Below, one piece after another: positions 1-8,277 of a stretch of 50,821 nt of DNA. Under the pieces are notes generated by a model. It ran no database searches. It saw nothing but the letters and a program-made list of their open reading frames with translations, and was not told where the DNA came from. Every line of letters begins with the position of its first letter. The stretch's first letter is position 1. Source of the DNA: a virus (lineage: Duplodnaviria; Caudoviricetes). A program made the position numbers and the translations under genes. Where the stretch lies: positions 1 through 50,821 of IMG/VR virus record IMGVR_UViG_3300026551_000004; one strand, 5' to 3'.

Positions 1-75
1 AACAATGCTCTCGCTAACAAATCTAATGATGGCTTAATTATTTGTCTTTCACCTTGATATGATCATAATGCTGAC

Positions 76-104
76 TTGACAATGCCACAATCAAGGATTA
101 CAAT
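76..104 (+). promoter_or_regulatory. sigma70-type early promoter
   Basis: TTGACA(76-81)-17 nt-TACAAT(99-104). Confidence 0.8.
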
Positions 105-510
105 GGTATCAATAATAAGAAAAGGTATGCAAGAGTAAGCATCAATCAAGAATGCTCACTTGCCAGCTCTTTCTCATCGTTAATCAGACCCAAGCATTGC
201 CTTCACCTTGCCCGTTCACAAGAGATGTAGCAATGATAAAAGTCTATCAATCTACATTGCGCACAATATGGTTGTCTACTGTGCGCAAGCATGATCGTAA
301 TCTAACCGATTGTTATACGGCTAGATATGCGAGTGGCAGTCTTAATCCTCACTATTCCGTCCCTGCTAAGAATGTATTGGTTGTGTTTACTAAGTTTACA
401 CAACCAAAAAGTATGCACTTAGTCATCGGGCAACATGACGGTGCAGATGGGTACTCAATAGACTGGGAATATCCCGTAACCTAACAAACCAACGGAAAAG
501 GAACAAGGCA

Positions 511-735
511 ATGAGTTGTATCGTTATCACTAAGACTATCAAGGATGTGCGCCCTATCGATATCGTATATAATCGTCCTTCCGATCCTAGCATCGGAGGT
601 GTGATTAACACCTATCTAGAACAATGCGCGGAGAACCATGACACTGTTCTCTCAGTCTTAGTTGAAATGGAAGAAACGGAATGGTTGGCTCATGCCAAAT
701 ACATCCGTGAACTTAAACCTTCCGCGCGTGATTAA
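511..735 (+). CDS. Hypothetical early protein
   Basis: 74-aa ORF with purine-rich upstream sequence (AAGGAACAAGG). Confidence 0.6.
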   Translation: MSCIVITKTIKDVRPIDIVYNRPSDPSIGGVINTYLEQCAENHDTVLSVLVEMEETEWLAHAKYIRELKPSARD

Positions 736-829
736 CAGGTAATCAAGCCTACGAAGTTCTAATCTAACCTGCAATACACACGGGCAAGATGCGGGCAATG
801 TAAGGGTCTACAACATCAAGGTGAATACA

Positions 830-2110
830 ATGGCACGTATGCCCCGAACACAAACACAACAGCCTGCAACCAAGCCTGTTGAGCCGGATGTAAAGTCTCC
901 GTCTCAAGATGCGATCGCAGAGTGGAAGCGAAAACAGGCATTGAAGGATACAACATCCGATCCAGTGCAAGCCAATGTACAGGCCAACGTGTACGCGGAA
1001 GATGCCGAGATTAACGCAATGCTCACACGTGCTGGTGAATTTGGTGAGGCACTTGACAGCCATACTGAATATCGGCAAGGCGCCAGTGAGATAGCCAAGG
1101 CTAAGGAAGTCGATGACTACAAGGCAATAGCGTTTCTGAAATATCTAGAGACGTTCCTGTCATCGGCGCAATTGGCTTATCTACCATGGCCAGGCATGAC
1201 TAAATCGGATGCGGATGCAAAGAATATCCGCAACACTGCTTCTAACGAGAGCCCATTGCTGTTCGACAAGCCTGTCAACAGCGGTGGGCGTGCTAAGGTC
1301 GAAACGTTCTACGGTAAGTTGATCAAGAGCACGAAACTCGGACAAGAAGCGCAAGAAATACTCGACGAACTCGACAAGGAAGAGGCGAGAGCGAAGCTTG
1401 CACCTAGTGAGGCACGCGAGCGTGGTAACTTTGTTGCTGATAAAGCATCGGCAACGAGGCGTCTCAACAATCTGGTATCGGCAATGCGAACAGCGGCGCA
1501 TGTCCATCTCTTGATTAAGGACATTCAAAAGAGAATGCCGCATATCGTAATTGAGTGGATACGGGAACCGAGCGAGAAGGAAATACCGGAAGGTTCCGAC
1601 CTTACAATGCTCAACATCCCGGAAGCAGGGGAAGTTGTGCATTCCACTCAATGCCTCATGATCTACAGCACCAAGGGTTATGCTTCTCCGGCGCAAGCAT
1701 ATAAGAAAGCCAGACCCTTCTCACTCGGATCGTTCAAGAGATGGAAGCCGGATCGTGCAATTGCTAAGGCGGCAAGAAGAGTGGACGCACCTAGCGTCAC
1801 GGTAGACGATCTTATCGCTAGCGCAAAAGCACCGGCACAAGCACCTACCCCTGGATCAGTAGCCAAGGTTAGAGACGTTACCAATTGGACACAATTGGTT
1901 GAGAACCTAGACGCTATCGAAACTTATCTAACCGGACAGCCTGACAATCAACAAGCCCGGTCGGTTGAGTTCACTGGCAGTATCGGCGCAACGGATGACA
2001 CGCTCTATACCGCATATAGAATGTTCATCCGATTGCGTGCGGCATTCAATGGCAACCCGGCATTAGAACCGAAGGCAAAAGAAATCCATCTAGCACGCAC
2101 CAAGATATAA
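830..2110 (+). CDS. Large early hypothetical protein (~426 aa)
   Basis: Long ORF; ATG at 830 follows AAGGTG; followed by an intrinsic terminator; no recognisable motif. Confidence 0.8.
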   Translation: MARMPRTQTQQPATKPVEPDVKSPSQDAIAEWKRKQALKDTTSDPVQANVQANVYAEDAEINAMLTRAGEFGEALDSHTEYRQGASEIAKAKEVDDYKAIAFLKYLETFLSSAQLAYLPWPGMTKSDADAKNIRNTASNESPLLFDKPVNSGGRAKVETFYGKLIKSTKLGQEAQEILDELDKEEARAKLAPSEARERGNFVADKASATRRLNNLVSAMRTAAHVHLLIKDIQKRMPHIVIEWIREPSEKEIPEGSDLTMLNIPEAGEVVHSTQCLMIYSTKGYASPAQAYKKARPFSLGSFKRWKPDRAIAKAARRVDAPSVTVDDLIASAKAPAQAPTPGSVAKVRDVTNWTQLVENLDAIETYLTGQPDNQQARSVEFTGSIGATDDTLYTAYRMFIRLRAAFNGNPALEPKAKEIHLARTKI

Positions 2111-2115
2111 CTAAC

Positions 2116-2147
2116 AACCCCATGTCAGTAATGGCATGGGGTTTTTT
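2116..2147 (+). terminator. Rho-independent terminator
   Basis: CCCCATGTCA-GTAA-TGGCATGGGG followed by TTTTTT. Confidence 0.9.
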
Positions 2148-2350
2148 ATTGTCCTGCGTTATGTTTACACATATACAACGCACAGCATAGAGCGTTGTGT
2201 ACACATGAATATAGCGAATAGGTAACAGACCTGTCACAAACGCCAATGAGGCTGGCAATTTACAAACACAAATAGTTCTAAGAAATTAATATAATTGATA
2301 AATAGTTTTTATAAGGATGTGTGTGATATATGTCAACGAGCCTTACCAAT

Positions 2351-2379
2351 TTGACTAAGTGACTAAACTAGTTTACTAT
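2351..2379 (+). promoter_or_regulatory. sigma70-type promoter
   Basis: TTGACT-17 nt-TACTAT downstream of an AT-rich tract. Confidence 0.65.
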
Positions 2380-2554
2380 ATGAGTATAATCGGAGATAAG
2401 GAAATGGAACCGAAAGCAGTCATAGTTTATCGCAATGGAACATTCGGACATTACATCGAATGTTTAACATGGGACGCTTATAAATGGTGGGTCGGTCCTT
2501 ATGCTTGGGATGGCTGCTATAACAATGAATGTTGCTTATTCATTTGGTGATCTA

Positions 2555-2749
2555 ATGCGAGTCATAACATCAGTTAACTCACAGGTTATCGAACAGATAG
2601 CGTTCGATACGTACACCCGTGCGTTATTCGTTACTATTAATGGTTCAGACTACACCTATTTGAATATATCATTTGAACAATGGCGTTCGTTCATTACTGC
2701 TGACTCCAAGGGATCGTTCTTTAACATGTATGTACGTGGGAGGTGGTGA
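2555..2749 (+). CDS. KTSC-domain protein
   Basis: VNSQVIEQIAFD...LFVTINGSDYTYLNI...ADSKGSFFNMYVRG matches the KTSC pattern; start moved to ATG 2555. Confidence 0.8.
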   Translation: MRVITSVNSQVIEQIAFDTYTRALFVTINGSDYTYLNISFEQWRSFITADSKGSFFNMYVRGRW

Positions 2750-3189
2750 TGTCTAAACGTCCACGTAAGTCAGGTATGCGGCGTGCATACTTAAAGAAAA
2801 CTTCGCACCATTACGACAGCAGTCCAGATAGTGCTTTGAAAGCAGCTATTGGGTTGGGTAGAAACATCAATCCAATTACAGCTACTCCTAACAGAGCTAG
2901 ATTATGGTTGAATAAGAATAAACACACACCAACCATGACTCAACCAATGATTGAGCGTGTGGAGTCATGGCGTATTGCTGTTAAAGAACAAAAGAATGAG
3001 TATTCACATTACATTACTAACACTCCTCTGAAACAAATTAAATTGTTTTATACTGGTTTCTCTGTTCGTGAAACCTATTGGTTTGTTTGGTTTGATCCTA
3101 TACTTAACGAACACCGTACATCAATAACCTACGGTAGCAGAGTGATTGCCATGGGTCACTTTACTAAAGGATCAATCACATGGAAATAG
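2749..3189 (+). CDS. Hypothetical protein
   Basis: ~146-aa ORF coupled to the KTSC gene (TGATG overlap). Confidence 0.65.
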   Translation: MSKRPRKSGMRRAYLKKTSHHYDSSPDSALKAAIGLGRNINPITATPNRARLWLNKNKHTPTMTQPMIERVESWRIAVKEQKNEYSHYITNTPLKQIKLFYTGFSVRETYWFVWFDPILNEHRTSITYGSRVIAMGHFTKGSITWK

Positions 3190-3354
3190 GTGAATGAATG
3201 TGCAAAGCGAGGTTAGATCATGACACTGTCTGGACTTGTCCTAGTAAGCTTGACTGTGTGTTGTATGGCCATTGCTTACAGCAAATACGTAAAGGTTATC
3301 ACGCATGTGCGCCATATCCTGGTCCAGCAAACTATCCAGTACCGGAGGTAATAT

Positions 3355-3693
3355 ATGAGAAAGATACGGGGGTGTAACTTATGCACACTGGGTGATGATT
3401 GTATGTGTCATCGAGTGGTTAGATGGAACAACATACGCAACATCAATACTCCTCCTGATTTTAAAGAGGGGTATAGACGCAAATACTTAATCAATATCTA
3501 TGGTATTGATCCTGATGATCATACCAACTTAGATAGATGGTGTGAGATCCATGATAACTATACCCTACCTTACTTAATTCTGGATGATGGTTCGAGACTC
3601 CCTAATCCAGCATGTCGTTACAATGGAGATGACGGATATAACAGGTTTATCCGTGATCTTGAAGCACTTAAACCCAAACCTGTACCATGGTGA
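3355..3693 (+). CDS. Hypothetical protein, Cys-rich N-terminus
   Basis: GGAGG RBS; CNLCxxxxxCxC. Confidence 0.65.
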   Translation: MRKIRGCNLCTLGDDCMCHRVVRWNNIRNINTPPDFKEGYRRKYLINIYGIDPDDHTNLDRWCEIHDNYTLPYLILDDGSRLPNPACRYNGDDGYNRFIRDLEALKPKPVPW

Positions 3694-3739
3694 TCTATGT
3701 GCGAACCAACTCCAATTCCACAGAAGGAAGAAGACGAGG

Positions 3740-3994
3740 ATGAAGAACTTGATCTTGTTGCTATCCGTTCTAGTAACTAACACGACTGTTCAAGCACAAC
3801 AGCGTGGTATGTACTGGAATGACTGGACTCAGCGTTGGGAATGGCGTGGTCCCGGTCCTGTCACACGTCCATATCCTCCCGGTCCTGCGTACAATCCACC
3901 CCGTGATCTATATCAAGAATATCGTGAGTGGGGTGGAAAGAGACGCGATATATGCTATCGACCCAATGGTCAGGCATATTATTGTTACTACTGA
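3740..3994 (+). CDS. Small secreted/periplasmic protein
   Basis: MKNLILLLSVLVTNTTVQA signal-peptide-like N-terminus; W/Y/P-rich mature part. Confidence 0.6.
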   Translation: MKNLILLLSVLVTNTTVQAQQRGMYWNDWTQRWEWRGPGPVTRPYPPGPAYNPPRDLYQEYREWGGKRRDICYRPNGQAYYCYY

Positions 3995-4132
3995 TGGAGA
4001 ATGGAGGTGCAATACGGAACTTGGTTATGGATGTACGATAAACCCCGTACATCTTTCACTAAACTCGAATGGCAGGCTACTCATAAATGGCCTTTACGAA
4101 TTCGTAAATGGCAAAGAATAGGAGCAGACAAC

Positions 4133-4378
4133 ATGGTAAAGTTTAGCAGAGATGTGCGAGACAGACTTGTTGACGCTATGGATGCTGTTGCAGATGGGAA
4201 AATGGACAGCACTGATGTTAGTTCATTGTGCAAACTTGCTGATTCAATTTCTAAGCAAGATGCGGTTCATTTGAATATGGCAAAATTCATATATGAACAT
4301 GAACTGCATGCTCTGCCCGCAATGACCAAACTCCTTGGTAAAGAAACGCCCAACGGCAAAGCTTCGCAACCTTCATAG
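4133..4378 (+). CDS. Hypothetical protein
   Basis: AGGAG RBS before ATG 4133 (MVKFSRDVRD). Confidence 0.6.
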   Translation: MVKFSRDVRDRLVDAMDAVADGKMDSTDVSSLCKLADSISKQDAVHLNMAKFIYEHELHALPAMTKLLGKETPNGKASQPS

Positions 4379-4494
4379 CGACCTCCCACATCAAAGAAAG
4401 ATCAGTCAGGTAGGGTAATGACACCCTGACTGATTAAACTCACCACGGACCTTCCTACGCAGTCCTAGGGGCATTCTAATAGGAGTGGAGCACA

Positions 4495-4760
4495 TGCCAA
4501 TCATCAGTAAGATAACTATGCCTAAGCCAGTTCGTGAACTGAAGACAGAAACTGTGGAGGCTAATTACATTCCTGTTGATCATCCTATTGATTTAGATAA
4601 AACCATAGAAGAAGAATTAAAACGTGAATTGGCAATGGCGTCAATGATTACTCACCTATGGAAAACTAAACCCCGTATATTCAAAATGATATGCATGCAC
4701 TGTGACACTGATTATTTAGATATTTATGAATGGGCAAGGGAGAGACTAAGATGCAAATGA
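4495..4760 (+). CDS. Hypothetical protein
   Basis: ORF with GGAG RBS; start position approximate. Confidence 0.55.
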
Positions 4761-5043
4761 TCAGCAGTATCCAACCGCATCAATGGTTGGAAATGATACT
4801 AGCCATTATTGGTTTGTTCATTTACTTTATCCTCAAAGATAATAGGAGGATATGATAGGATGGCATGGCGTATATGTAAAGTACCAGGATGCCATAAAAT
4901 GAAACGTATTCAACCGTTCAATGCTAATACAAAACATCCTTGGTTGTGTTTCACACACAGACAAGAGCTGCAACAGAAAAGAATAGAACATTTAACCAGA
5001 ATGACTAATGTTAAACTATTGACTAAACTCTTTACCTCGAAAT

Positions 5044-5309
5044 AAACTCCGTAGCCGACTGCGGAGTTTTCCAACCGCTTGAGCTGATTTCCTCAGACCT
5101 CAGCTCGCGGTTGGTTTTCTACCCTAGCTGGCGAAAGCCAGCGTCGACGTTGCCAAAGGCAACTCGAAAGCTCAGAGAGAACGCTTCCCCACGGTAACCA
5201 CCGGCGAACTCTCTGGGCCTCGCCCCTCAGTATTTTTGTTCGCCCTTAGGTACTGAGGGGCACTTATTCTCAGGATACCCACATGAAACCTGGGTATCAC
5301 CAGAATAAG
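5044..5309 (+). ncRNA. Array of seven consecutive hairpins (structured leader or ncRNA)
   Basis: Stems at 5044-5069, 5071-5114, 5127-5142 (GAAA loop), 5149-5163, 5170-5218, 5222-5261 and 5263-5309; several G-U pairs fit + strand RNA. Confidence 0.6.
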
Positions 5310-5324
5310 CGAATGGAGTGAAAC

Positions 5325-5822
5325 ATGATGTACGAGACTATCGTTCGTCTCTTTGATACGTCTCAATTTAATACATGGGTGTTCAATAACCCTGTGTTAT
5401 TTTTGTGCATCCTTACACTTGGTTTAAGCACAGGATACTTTCTCTTCCCCCGTCTTATGTTGATTTACCTGTACCTCAGACATAAGCGTCGTCTGTGGTC
5501 ATGGCAAATACTTCGGGGGAAGCAGATGAGCAAAAGGGCGAGAGATCAAAAGCTAGGAGAACGTCTATACGACTTTTGCCTAGACGAGATCAATTCAGGA
5601 AGAATGACCCACAAGGAAAAACGACGTTATCTAAGAAACATAGAAATGGCGTTTGAGCTGGAACCTGGGACGCTGATACCCAAGCCATCCATTCATGAGC
5701 GCAAACGTCGAACTCTAGGTAGACTTTCTACTGAAGGAGCTAGTAAGTTTACTGAGAAAGTATCAGCAGCCGCACAGCCGCTTAAACAACGGTTGTCTTC
5801 TCTTATCGCAGGAAAGGTGTAA
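5325..5822 (+). CDS. Membrane-anchored hypothetical protein
   Basis: GGAG RBS; hydrophobic segment VLFLCILTLGLSTGYFLF followed by a basic domain. Confidence 0.7.
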   Translation: MMYETIVRLFDTSQFNTWVFNNPVLFLCILTLGLSTGYFLFPRLMLIYLYLRHKRRLWSWQILRGKQMSKRARDQKLGERLYDFCLDEINSGRMTHKEKRRYLRNIEMAFELEPGTLIPKPSIHERKRRTLGRLSTEGASKFTEKVSAAAQPLKQRLSSLIAGKV

Positions 5823-5827
5823 ACATC

Positions 5828-7195
5828 ATGTCGACTGTTAGCCGGACTTGTTTGGTCTATGCCAACAAAGGCAATCTACCTCCGGATGATTACTTGGCAC
5901 GTGTAGCTGCCAAGTACAACTCTTGGTACGGTTTTGCATTCGTCCAAGATGGCGAGATCATTTACGACATGGCCGCTGAAAGTGCCACTGCCGACGGTAT
6001 CAAACTGTTTCTCCAAAACAAGGAGATTGAAGGCGTCGACAAGATTATGGTTTTCGGCAAAGAAGCGAACAGCGTCACTCTTGACCCGAAAGATGCTGAT
6101 CACCCAAACATTCAGCCACTCATCTTGATTGAAGAAGGCGAAGGCAGCAACGCCGTACCTAAGTGTCTCGTCTTCATTGACGGAGAATTCCCTGGACTGG
6201 AAAGCAACACAGCGGACGAAGGTCGGCCGTATTTATTCTGTGGTCAGTATCTCAATCCCAAGATCCAAGAGAAATGGGAAGACTCTGGAGCAGATGTTGC
6301 GAAGTTTCTGGAGAAGATCAAACGGCCAGTCTTTCAGACTGACATCGAGAACTATGATAAGGAAATCGCTGTTGCCGTACTGTGCCCCGGCGATGGTGGT
6401 TTCGTTTACTTCGCAGCTAGAGACTCCCACGATTATCCCTGGGGTTTCACTAACGATACCTGCGGATGGGAAGACAAAGTCCCTACGTCTGGGAGTCCGT
6501 CTTCAACGGTAACCCCTGGTAAACGGGGTAGACTGACATCATTGATGACAAGTGTGGCACCGGCTGCAAGCGATGCAGTTGTCGACAATACTTCATCTGT
6601 TATTCTGTATGAAGGGCAGCTACCTGCTAACATCATTAAGAATAACGACATCCGTGCTGCATACAAGAAATACCACGGACGTGATGAACCTCCGGGGTGG
6701 AAGAACGGAAAACCATGGGTGTCTATTCTCCCGAACATGGTGGACAATGCAAGACAACAAGGATGGAACATCCGTACATCAAAACACCTCGCTGCTCAGG
6801 CTCCCATATCACCTAGCGGTACAGAGGCTCCGCCGCAAATCCTCACCGATGTGATGAAAGACAAACTGCTGAAGTTTGTTAGCGCTATTGATGCTAACAC
6901 TCAGCAAGTCGTATCTCCGGAAGAAATGGAGAAGAATGAGACAGCGTCTCCGACATTCTGGGATGATACTGGAATGACTTTGGAAACAGGCGTCAAAGTC
7001 TTTGGTGGAAAGGAAGAGCATCGTACTACATTGATTAAAGAAAATCCTACGGCTACTTCCAAACTTATTCGTGACTTATGCTACGCTCTCTTTCGCCAAG
7101 ATGCTGCAATCGAAGCGCTCACCGAGCCTACGCCTAAAGCACCAGCTGAGCCTGCGGTTGCTGTTACCCCAGCGAAGAAGTTCTCTATGAGATAA
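5828..7195 (+). CDS. Degenerate class II glutamine amidotransferase (Ntn)-like N-domain with a long C-terminal extension
   Basis: CLVYANKG...YGFAFV, NIQPL (vs NxHPF) and FIDG (vs HNG) are spaced like GATase-II; the Cys is not N-terminal. Confidence 0.5.
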   Translation: MSTVSRTCLVYANKGNLPPDDYLARVAAKYNSWYGFAFVQDGEIIYDMAAESATADGIKLFLQNKEIEGVDKIMVFGKEANSVTLDPKDADHPNIQPLILIEEGEGSNAVPKCLVFIDGEFPGLESNTADEGRPYLFCGQYLNPKIQEKWEDSGADVAKFLEKIKRPVFQTDIENYDKEIAVAVLCPGDGGFVYFAARDSHDYPWGFTNDTCGWEDKVPTSGSPSSTVTPGKRGRLTSLMTSVAPAASDAVVDNTSSVILYEGQLPANIIKNNDIRAAYKKYHGRDEPPGWKNGKPWVSILPNMVDNARQQGWNIRTSKHLAAQAPISPSGTEAPPQILTDVMKDKLLKFVSAIDANTQQVVSPEEMEKNETASPTFWDDTGMTLETGVKVFGGKEEHRTTLIKENPTATSKLIRDLCYALFRQDAAIEALTEPTPKAPAEPAVAVTPAKKFSMR

Positions 7196-7198
7196 CAA

Positions 7199-7274
7199 TA
7201 ATGCGCAGTCCACCCTAGGACCCCCAGGACTGCGTATTAGCCCCCGGCCATGCGCCACACACTTGGTCGGGGGC
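7199..7274 (+). promoter_or_regulatory. Tandem long hairpins (possible RNase III or stability elements)
   Basis: TAATGCGCAGTCC/GGACTGCGTATTA and GCCCCCGGCCA/TGGTCGGGGGC. Confidence 0.6.
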
Positions 7275-7295
7275 ACTTATTGAAAGGATATTATT

Positions 7296-7535
7296 ATGTT
7301 ATATGATCCTCCAGCAGGATGGCGATATGGATTTCCTAAACTTTATTTACCTCTGACAGGTGAAACAATCGAACAAACATTACTTCGAGATGGTTATCCA
7401 CAACATGAAATAGATAATGCCGGTGCTAAATATGTTAGATTTTTAGGTTCAAATCCGGAGTCTCACGATGCACAACCCGTTCAGCAGCAAGAAACTAAAC
7501 CAAGATTGGTTGGACAAGATTGCAGAGGAAACTGA
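7296..7535 (+). CDS. Small hypothetical phage protein
   Basis: AAGGA RBS; DPPAGWRYGFPK...GYP motif. Confidence 0.65.
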   Translation: MLYDPPAGWRYGFPKLYLPLTGETIEQTLLRDGYPQHEIDNAGAKYVRFLGSNPESHDAQPVQQQETKPRLVGQDCRGN

Positions 7536-8277
7536 GTTTACAGCCGATGCACCGGAGTTGGCACGTTGTGACTTTCATAATCTATTTGTTATTGACGATA
7601 TGCAGAGAGGAAGAAAATATCATAAAATCTTATCAGAAGGTAATGCTACACTCGTAGCAACAGCCTTCACTGAAGCACAATTCCATTGCTGGAAACGTAC
7701 TCCCGATGGACCTGAGACTGTCGCCATACAAAACACAACTAATATTGTAACTGGTCCTGAAGAAGTATTCACAGTGAAAGAAGGAAAGAAAACATCACTG
7801 GGTTTTGCTTATGATTTATCCCCTCCTGTGCGAAAGAGAGAACTTCCTCCTGCTCCTCCAATTAATGTGAGCGAGTCTCTCATTATCGCCCTCCCCAAAC
7901 AAGATCAACTAACTACTACAGAATGGGTCGAAGCCAATAGACATCGTAACCGTTACGATCATTGGGCTAAGATCAAAGGAGAACTGTGGAAAGTTCCCTC
8001 GAACCATTTCTATTCTCTTGACAAATTCATGGGAAATGGTAGAGTATTCAGACGTAGCCGAGTATTGCTTGAAGTACCGTTGAAGATGTTATATCGAAAT
8101 GGTGCACATACTCACATCGAGCGAATAATCCCAAACCAAGAAGCCTATATGTATGTAGGTATAAAAGAGTTCTGGGAACCTCAACTTGATGGTGGCTACT
8201 ATTTTCAACCCATGACCATATTCAACAACAGTAGTCTTAACCGAAAATACTATTGCTATACCAAACTGGAGGATTAA
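7468..8277 (+). CDS. Gamma-glutamylcyclotransferase (AIG2)-like protein, degenerate
   Basis: LFVIDDMQRG (vs LFVYGTLxxG), IKGELWKV, LDKFMG (vs LDxLEG), AYMY. Confidence 0.6.
   Translation: MHNPFSSKKLNQDWLDKIAEETEFTADAPELARCDFHNLFVIDDMQRGRKYHKILSEGNATLVATAFTEAQFHCWKRTPDGPETVAIQNTTNIVTGPEEVFTVKEGKKTSLGFAYDLSPPVRKRELPPAPPINVSESLIIALPKQDQLTTTEWVEANRHRNRYDHWAKIKGELWKVPSNHFYSLDKFMGNGRVFRRSRVLLEVPLKMLYRNGAHTHIERIIPNQEAYMYVGIKEFWEPQLDGGYYFQPMTIFNNSSLNRKYYCYTKLED

Noticed and set aside
152-484. 110-aa ORF at the left end
   Set aside because: No clear RBS or motif; may be an untranslated leader
5044-5309. CRISPR array or REP repeats
   Set aside because: The hairpins differ in sequence; no repeat-spacer periodicity
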